Of a DNA stretch of 64,000 nt, positions 52,276 to 64,000 are shown one piece after another. The notes under the pieces were generated by a model. It was not told where the DNA came from. It saw only the letters and a list, made by a program, of their open reading frames with translations, and did not search any database. The stretch lies in assembly GCF_009914755.1 (NCBI RefSeq), contig NC_060930.1, one strand, 5' to 3'. Numbering within the stretch: the first letter of the stretch is position 1; every line of letters begins with the position of its first letter. The translations under genes and the position numbers were made by a program. The DNA is from the human T2T-CHM13v2.0 reference genome, Homo sapiens.

Positions 52276-52587
52276 TCATGATGACCAGTGGTCCACTTTT
52301 GCATAGCAAAGTGCACTGCAGCACAGTCTTCAAACAATGCCTGCTGCATAAATAACCCTTCACAAACATGCTTCTTTAACCTCCGGAGTGGTTATGGGTT
52401 TTGGCAAGAAAGTCTGAGATGTGACCAGCTGCATATATTTTACCCTAAGACCTTGCTATAGAAAGGATGTTTTCTGGAGTGTCCATCGTCTTGCAGCTCT
52501 CCCAGACGTGGCTTCTGTTGCTTAGTCCTTGTTCAAAATTTCTTTTGGAGAAACTGGATTTGTTAGCCACTTATTTCATTCAGCCTT

Positions 52588-53365
52588 TGTTCCATAAAAG
52601 GGTCATACATGTAAAGTGGCTCCCAAACGCTGAAGGAGCCGAGAAACCAAAAACAAGGCAGATAGATCCAGTTTGTCAGTAAATGGTGATTTGCTGGGGA
52701 ATTTACAGACAGAAGTGTAGTCTTGGGTGGCAGCAAGTCAGGTAGATCTCCACACCTGTTACCCCCAGACCCAGGGCTTACCCCAGAAAGGGTGTATACT
52801 TCCTGTAGAGACAATTAAAAGCAACCTTTCAGAACAGGCAGGAATGCTATGTGCGTCGTAGCCTGTAATTTATGCCATAATATCAAGGTTGCTTTGATCT
52901 AAAGGCAGGGGCTGGATGTGGTGGCTAATGCCTGTAATCCCAGAGCTTTGGGAGGGAGAGGAGGGAGGATTGCTTGGGGGCAGGAGTTTGAGACCAGTCT
53001 GGGAAACAAAACAACACCTCATCTCTACAAAAAAGAAAACCAAAATTAGTTGGGAGTGGTAGCATGTGCCTGTGGTCCCAGCTACTTGGGAGGCTGAGGC
53101 AGGAGGATCATTACAGCCCAGGAGTTAGAGGCTGCAGTGGGCTGAGATTGCACCACTGAACTCCAGCCTAGGTGACAGAGCAAGACCCTGTCTCTAAAAA
53201 CAAAACAACAAACAAAAAACGAAGACAGGATTTACAGTAAGTACATGTCCTTACCAAGAACAGTAAATAAAGTAGGAATGAGGCCCATGTGACTCATGGG
53301 ACCTGGGTTAATCAGAAGTCAACATGGCAGATTAGCATCCAAGATGGAGTCACTTTGTCTCCACA
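52588..53365 (-). mobile_element. LTR32-like solo LTR containing an AluJ (52910-53222)
   Basis: Minus strand starts tgtggagacaaagtgactccatcttggatgctaatc; 5-bp TSD gcctt/gcctc. Confidence 0.78.
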
Positions 53366-53955
53366 GCCTCTCAGCTCCCTCAGTCTTTGGGGGAAGGTTT
53401 GCATGCCCCTGCTCACTGAGGAACAGAGAGGCCACGCTGAGCCATATGCAGGCAATCATCATCATCTGCTCACTTAAAGGGATCCAGAAACCAGAAGGGA
53501 AAGACAAGTTGAACACCCTGAAAAGGTGCCTCCCACTGATAGGAACTGTGGAAACCCTTATGTGGAAAAGCATGAAAAGAAATAAGATCAGGCAAGGGTG
53601 TCCAGCTAGATCATTTTTTAAAAAAATAGTAAAACATGTATTTTCAAATTTTAATAGACAAATTGAAAGAGGCTGGCCATTATAGAGAATTATGCTAGTA
53701 ATCCGGAAGAGCAAGCGCGAAAAATAACTCAAACAGACACAATTATACAGGAATAAAAATCACCCGGCAAATATAATACATTTGGAGGATAGATCCAGGA
53801 AGACTAACGTGCAAGTAATAAGGCTCAAAACAGAGAAAAAGAGACGAAATGGAAGAGAAGAATTAGAAGGGAAAAAAGAAGAGCTGGAATAGAGAAAAAA
53901 GATTTGAGTCTGTCTATGAAAAGCTTCACCAAGTACAACTCTGTAAATATACTAA

Positions 53956-55042
<1,087 letters not shown>

Positions 55043-56489
55043 TCAAATGAATGGGCATTTTGAGCTAGAGGAAGGAGAAAAGGGGGGAGTCCCTGGTGAG
55101 CAATTTACCTTGTGATTGATTCACATAGTTGTGCTGTGAGTATCTCATTACTCCCAGCAACTGGGGTGTGCAGGTAGAGTTTGGAAGCATCATTACCCAG
55201 CTTTCGTCATGGAATACACCTACTCCTGTAATGTGACAAAGCCCCAGCCCACCAAGCATGCGTGACCCAAGCAAAAGTCCAGGAAGTGGACAGGGTTAAA
55301 GGGCTGCCCATCTAGACCTGTGCCTTTGCACTGTGGATTTAGCACAATGATCTTCACGTGGCATCTGTGCCCCCACATCTTGGGCGTACATAAAGACTTC
55401 CTGAAGAGTATTATGCAGGCGTGGGTTGTTTGATGGGAACCATTTTCCAGATCTTCAACTTCCGTATGTGCTTGTGGCCTAGAACTGATCTGTCTGAGGG
55501 CACCTCTGTGGTCAGGGCTACACTTTTCTGACTCTTCTTTGATGAACATCCAACATTTCCTCTGTAGCTCCCATATTATTATTACCACATTTCCGCAGGG
55601 TGTAGAACATTTCAGGGTGTCAAATAAAGCCTTTTAGTGAAGGGATACCTCAAAAACCACCTCTAATTTAGGGATCATATACCCAGAGTAGGACTTCCTG
55701 TTTTCTCCTGCCTCATATAAATTCCTGTGAAGGGCTACGTGGAGTGTAAGGAACTGGTAATTTTGGCATGTGTTAAGGTGTTATTTACGCAGATACACTG
55801 TAGAATGAAGTAACAGGAGTAATAAAAACTTCTTTTTTTCCTTTCTTTTTTTTTTAACAATCTCTTCTCTTCCATCCACTCTTTAAAAATGCATCCCTCT
55901 TGAGGGAGTATCTCATGAGATTGGAGCAAGAGCAGAATCAGCAGAAAGAATAGAGGAGGCAGTGGCTTATTTAACCAAGGAGAAAAATCCCATGGCAGCC
56001 AACCCACCTTATCTGTCTGTCTGCCTATTTTAGAATATTCAAGATTTGTCAACAACTTGCTGGGACAAAGCAATGTGCTATGAAGCACACTTCCCTGAAT
56101 TGTACACCATTTTCTGTAAGGGGAAAGAGCTTCCTGTTCACTAGTTTCTTGGTTTAGGTAACAATTGTGTATTTGGCATGATTTCAAGGAGAAAGATGTT
56201 GTAAGCTCCAACTGATTAATGTTACACCTTAAGATAAAAGACACTTAGAGAGGCCATACGGCATGTCAGCTAAGAGCACAGATTGTGGAGCTCGAATTTC
56301 TGGTTTCAAATCCAATTTCATTGTGACTTTCCACAAATTCCTTAATTCTTCTGGGTCTCAGTTTCCATATTTGTAAACATGAGAGTGAAAATAGTACCCA
56401 CTTCATGGGGTTATTGTGAAGCCTTAGAATAGTCCTGCATTTCGTAAGCGCTCTGTAAGTTGTGTTATTTTTAAAATGTTAGGTAAGTG

Positions 56490-56793
<304 letters not shown>

Positions 56794-56999
56794 TTAGGTA
56801 AGTTAATGATTCATATTTTCTTGAAAATATGGAAAGACGTATCATAAGAGAAGCATTTTTGCTTAATTCACCAAAAAGTTACTGGGGGCTATAAATTGAA
56901 CACAGAGTCTTACAAGGCACAGGAAATTTTTTAGACGTTTATAAACATATCTTTTGATGCAGAGGAGTATGACAGGGTGATCAATAAAAGCTTTTCAAG

Positions 57000-57670
57000 C
57001 AAAAAATTATTACAGACCATATGACATCCCAGAAAAGACAAAACTATAAAGGCAGTCAAGAGTCAATGGTTGCCAGGGGTTACGAGGGTGGGGTGATGAA
57101 TAGGTGGAGCACAGAGGATTCTTAGGGCGTGAAACTACTGTATATGATACTACAATGGTGGATGCCTGTCATTGTACATTTGTCAAAACCCATAGAATAT
57201 ACAAGAGTAAACCCTGACGTCAACGAGGTGGGGAGGTTGTGCTTGCGTAGGGGCAGGGAGTCTATGGGACCTCTGTACTTACCACTTAATTTTGCTGTGA
57301 ACCCAAAACTGCTCTAAGAGATAAGGTTTATTAATTAGACATACTGTGATATATGTATAGCAGTAGAATATTTATGTTACTGGTATTTAATATGATATAT
57401 GGAGAGAGACCAGTAGAATAATATGGGGAAAGTAAAATGGAACTATAAGTTCGTAGAGCAGGAGGAACCATTTAAAAACCTAGACTATTGAGGAAGAGCT
57501 TGCTTATATGTTATTCAAAAGGATAATGGAAGCTAGGTGCAGTGGCTCACGTCTGTAATCCCAGCACTTGGGGAGGCTGAGGCGGGAGGATTGCTTGAGC
57601 CCAAGAGTTCAACACCAGCCTGAGCAATATAGTGAGACCCCCCACATCTCTTAAAGTAAAATAAAATTTA
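57000..57670 (+). mobile_element. L1MC-type 3' end (~57000-57330) and FLAM (57531-57670)
   Basis: tggttgccagggg...gaaactactgtatatgatac...tgtcaaaacccatagaa motifs; Alu monomer. Confidence 0.7.
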
Positions 57671-58878
57671 AAAAAAGGATAATGATGAGTATTGAGATGC
57701 TGCTAGTGTTTAGAGTCTACTGGAAACATTTTAAAGAGTAGTAAAAACTTTTATTATTTCAATGTCTACATTTACAATATGGTAGAAATTACATTCTTTG
57801 CAATAATTAAATGTATGATAAAAAATTTAGATTAAACATAGACAGAGGAGGGAAAACAGCTTTTCAAAATTGTTTTTGAACGTATACACAACAGAAAATT
57901 TGAAGATGGGCACTCAAGCACATAGGACATTTCTACACAAATGGTGGCTCCAGATAGCTGAAGAAGCTTAAGCAGCTGTAGGAGAGATCTCCAAATCCAG
58001 GGACAGTGGCTGCCATCAGAGTGGTCCGTTTGTGGGAAAATGGGTCACAGACATAGACCATATCAGGCTATATTTCACAGAAAATCTTCTTCTTTTTGTT
58101 ACTTTCTGATGAACTATATGCTATATGGAAGGTACCATTGAGACTCCTTGTGATGAAAATAACTCTACTTGAATTGGGGGTAAACTAAAATTAGAAGGGA
58201 AAGCAGACCCCTTGTCCAGCCAGGTTGAAGAAAATCTAAGCCGGTACAGGGTGAGGTTGAGAGAGATGGCAGCGAGAATCTGGAACACAGGCCTTTCCTA
58301 AATCAAACTTTCAGCACAGGTCATTCAAGGGCGAATTTCAAATCTATGCTATGTTTATAAATTGTGTACTCTACGTAATTGCCGAGTCCCTGGAATTCCC
58401 TACTCTGTGCGAAACTAATCTCTTACTCTCTAAAACAAACCCAAGTCCTAAGCCCACAACCCCTGTTTGCTCTTTCCTTCCTAGTCATCAGAACCCTCAT
58501 GACTCAGACTCTCCAAGGAGGCATTTAAAAAAATGTTCTCGGACCAGTCAGCTCCACTCGAGCAACCTGCTCTTAACTCATTAATTTTCCCGACATGTCC
58601 CTTATGATGACTCGTCCATCTGTTTTTCAAATTCCACATAGCTGGGCCTCTGTAGCTTTGTGGTTTTATATTCCGCATACTTTCTAACAGTGACAGCTCC
58701 AGAATTTCTATGTCAGATGAAGTTGGGAACAGGCAGTCTGGTTGGAGGAAGATATTCAGGGGCCAGACTCAAAGTCCTGTTTGGACATGACAACCTCCTT
58801 TTATAATGGCGAAGAGCACAGGCTCTGCAGCTGGACTGATAGTTTAATTCCTGACTCCATCACTTACTAACTTTGTGA

Positions 58879-60031
<1,153 letters not shown>

Positions 60032-60855
60032 AATTGTTGAATCTTAACACATGCATACACTCACCTACCCACTTTCCAGATCAAGATGTGCCACATTCTT
60101 ATCACCCCAGAAGCCTCCCCTGCCTCCTCCCCATCAGTGCCACCCTAGAGGTAGCCAGTATTTTGACTTTAATCATCATCAGTTGATTTTTCCATGTACT
60201 TGACTTTCATATAATTAGAACCATACAGTATGCCTTCCAAAAGAGACACTTTTAAAAGAAAATGAAATTTCATCACCAATATTTGGCAAGCTTATACCCG
60301 TATCCTCATTTCCAACCCCAGGCTTCCCTGCCATTGGTGGGAAAGAGAGTCTGGAAACTGAGTTGGGTGAGTTATAGCAAGCCAAACTACATTTTTCCTT
60401 GCATATCTGAATTACACGGGGTAAATTTCAATCAACTGCTAGTTGTGAGCCTAGAAATAGGGACGCAGGTGAGTCAGGGTCCCTGACCTATGCTTAAGAG
60501 CCATTGCCAAAGATTGACTCAGGGAAATGGGTAGTTCCGTGCCCCATCCTCTTCCCTACTCACTTCCGCTTGATACTAGAAGTGAGACTCACTCAGTGTC
60601 CACTTTCCCCACCCTTGGAGAGCTCACAGGGAGTGGAGTGTATCACTCACGTAGCCATGTGCTGCTCTGCAGCTGGGAAGGAGCACTCTGGAGAAAGCCG
60701 GGCGTGTGTCCTGATGCTCTTATCACCCTCCAAATCCCCAGCTTCCCCTAGATAGACTGCTATTGACCTTTACCATCCATTTGTTTCCTTTTCTTCTCTT
60801 CTTCCTTCTTTCTTCTACAAAGGCCTCCTGCTTTGAAAATGAGGCATACCCAGGG

Positions 60856-61124
60856 AAAACAGGTTTCAGGTCAGCTCTGGTTCAAAGGGTGGGTCCCTTC
60901 CACTCCGACAAGTTTGATCCCCTCATTCTGCCTCCCTCCCTGCCCCTCCTCATGTGTGCGCCCTCTGGTCTTGCCGACTCTGCTCTCTCCTCCGCCTTGA
61001 TTCCTGTAGGGTACATCTCTCCAAACGGCCCTGCAGAAAGCACAGCGCAGAAATGCCCCTCCCTGGGGAGGGAGGACCCAAAGTTCTGGCCTCCCCTACT
61101 CAGTATCAGCTATAAATGCCACAG
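60856..61124 (+). promoter_or_regulatory. MUC22 proximal promoter (AAAACAGGTTT, GGGTGGG, TATA)
   Basis: TATAAA 61111-61116; 25-bp block 60881-60905 identical to MUC21 34122-34146. Confidence 0.75.
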
Positions 61125-61311
61125 ACACGTTTGCGAGGAAAAAAGAAGAAAAATAAGAAGCCAAACTGTGGAGCAATTTGGGGGCTCCCCCCAACCATGC
61201 CATCTGCCTACAAGGCTTACCCTGGCACTGGCTGGCCTTTGGGTCTTTTTGTGCAACTTTATTTTCTATCAAGGCCCAGGGGGTTTGCCCCTTGTCTCTC
61301 TGCCTCTTTGA

Positions 61312-61446
<135 letters not shown>

Positions 61447-61864
61447 TGACTTAGCAGTTAAGGAGGGAGAGGGGCATGGAGGCCACATAAGCCCTGAAGG
61501 AGATGGGGAATCCCCTGCCCAGGCATGACTCTTCTTCCAGAAACAATGATGATTCATTTTTTTTTTTTTTTTTTGCCCATTTCTGCAAAAGCCAGTACTG
61601 ATCTCAATTCCACTGACCATGATTCTGATGCTGTCTTAGAAGCAAATCTGTATTAGTCTCCCCCAGCTGTGGTTGTGAGCACATGTGGTGGGGCGGTGGG
61701 GCGGTGCTGGGGAAATGGAGGGGGGTGAGATTTTACTTTCCTTTGTATCTTGGATAAAAGTTTTTTTTTTAAACCGGAAAACTCTAGTTCCAATAGCATT
61801 CTTAATTCCAAATTAAAACCAGGATCTCAGTCTAAAGTCAAGTAAAAATCCTTCAATCCTTCTT

Positions 61865-62533
61865 TGTTTTTTTTTCCATAGGTTATTTGGGTACAGGTGA
61901 TATTTGGTTATGTAAGTGCTTTATTGGTGAATTGTGAGATTTTGGTGCACCCGTCACCAAGCAGTATACACTGCACCCACCCTATTTGTAGTCTTTTATC
62001 TCTCGTGCCTCCCCCGTCCTTCCTCCCTAGTGCCCAAAGTCCATTGTATCATTCTCATGAGTTTGAGTCCTCACAGCTTAGCTCCCACCTATCAGTGAGA
62101 ACATACGATGTTTGGTTTTCCATTCCTGAGTAACTTCACTTAGAATAATAGTCTACAGTCTCATCCAGGTCACTGCAAATGCCATTAATTCATTCCTTTT
62201 TATGGCTGAGTAGTATTCCATCGTATATATATGCCAGTTTCTTTATCCACCGTTGATTGATGGGCATTTGGGTTCCATGACTTTGCAATTGTGAATTGTG
62301 CTGCTATAAACATGTGTGTGCAAGTGTCTTTTTTGTATAATGACTTCTTTTCCTCTGGGTAGATACTCAGTAGTGGGATTACTGGATCAAATGGTAGATC
62401 TACTTTTAGTTCTTTAAGAAATCTCCACACTGTTTTCCATAGTGACTGTACTAGTTTACATTCCCACTAGCAGTGTAGAAGTGTTCCCTGATCACTGCAT
62501 CTACGCCAACATCTACTGTTTTTTGATTTTTTG
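61865..62533 (-). mobile_element. L1PB-type 3' fragment in MUC22 intron
   Basis: L1 3' UTR/ORF2 end; TSD cttcaa(t/c)ccttctt 61851-61864/62534-62547. Confidence 0.88.
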
Positions 62534-63674
62534 CTTCAACCCTTCTTCGGATGCTGCCTGATTCCAAATCCATGTATAATCCCCTGAGAACTTCCCTGGT
62601 AGAAACAAACCGGAGTTCGGCCACTGAGGGGTTGGCTCTGACATTGGATCAGCAATGGCTGTGAAAGGAAACAGCCCAGGAGAGAAGTGAATTGGGCTCC
62701 GTGTGACTCCAATGGGCTGTCTGAGATAGTACTGTTCACTCCAGTCTTTGATTTCTTACATCAACATATCTTCCCTAATTATGAGACACCAGGTTAATTG
62801 GCTCATCCATTCCATTGCCTCTACTGTAGGATGGCTCGTCAAGAAGTGGGAGGTGCGGTTGAAAGAGAAGGTATAGGTTGGATGATGTGGAGGATTTGGA
62901 GTGCTTCCCCCTTCTTCCTCAGTATGCATCTGTTTCCTGCACCCCACTCTGGATTCGCTCCCTCGCCCGCTTCAGCACTTCCCTCGGCGTTCTTTTTCTT
63001 CTCTTTCCCCTTGCCTTCACCCTGAATGCTTCAACTGTTCTCTACCTACCCATGCCTTCCAGATCTGCCCGTCGCCTGTCCTAATCCTGAACTCCAGTCC
63101 TATCTGTCTGATTTTAAACAAGAGTCCCCTTACCTCAGAAGAAACTGTCATTCATGTAGTCATTCAACAAACATTTATAGAGCTCCTCCTCTGGGCCAGG
63201 CACTGCTGCGTGCTAGGCCATGGTGAGGAATGGAGTGGGAAATGCCATGGTCTTGACCCCCATGGAACACTTGGTCTACTGTAAAACATAGACTTAAATA
63301 ATATTTCCTAACAAAAGGGAGCAAGTGTGCAAGGGCTGAAAGGCCCCTCCTCTTTTCCTACCACTAGATCTATAAAGTAACCAACAGTGTCTCCTGTAGC
63401 CCCATTACAGTGGATTAGCAAGGACCAACTCCTCCATCTGAATGCTGGGCGCCGTCTCAGGGGCTTTGCTCAGTGCATTTCTCCTTCCCCTCCCATCTCA
63501 CTTTACCTTTCTTGGGTCCTTTCCATCAGCATCCAAACAAGCTCAGTTCTGTATGCACAAGTATCATCCAAGGAGACGATTAAAAACTTGGGTTTCCAGG
63601 CCCTGACACCCCACCAAGCAAGATCTTGATTCAGTAAGCTTGGTGGGATGGCGTGGGTTCTTCAGACAGTGTGA

Positions 63675-64000
<326 letters not shown>

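Larger units (their letters stand above)
50914..53425 (+). mobile_element. LTR47-type 3' LTR in three pieces (50914-50972, 52276-52587, 53366-53425)
   Basis: tgtaggaatacagcctgttgcacgg... ends gctcactgaggaaca; pieces join across two nested LTRs. Confidence 0.82.

Noticed and set aside
50861-52349. Cluster of overlapping ORFs and apparent CpG island
   Set aside because: GC-rich U3 region of LTR12C

Overview
Human (primate) genomic DNA from the MHC class I mucin cluster at 6p21.33, with all mucin genes on the + strand. The window holds the 3' part of MUCL3/DPCR1 (1-~4880), the complete three-exon MUC21 (34623-38853, 566 codons) and the promoter and signal-peptide exon of MUC22 (61111-61441). 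Between MUCL3 and MUC21 lies a complete but disabled fourth transmembrane-mucin gene (~7250-29200) for which I know no gene name. It has a TATA promoter, a signal exon with a stop at codon 3, a 2.2-kb Thr/Ser exon, a transmembrane exon and a Gly/His-rich tail exon. Its promoter, exon 1 and intron 1 are paralogous to MUC22, but its tail ends in the MUC21 C-terminal motif WFWRRP...P*. Its introns contain an antisense processed NAPG (gamma-SNAP) pseudogene and a 5'-deleted HERV-L provirus. Between MUC21 and MUC22 sits an LTR47/ERVL47-type provirus with an env remnant, nested with SVA, L1, LTR12C, LTR32 and many Alus. The window ends in a young AluYa5. Repeat subfamily names and MUC22 sequence beyond exon 1 are recalled from memory, not searched; repeat boundaries are approximate unless a TSD is given.
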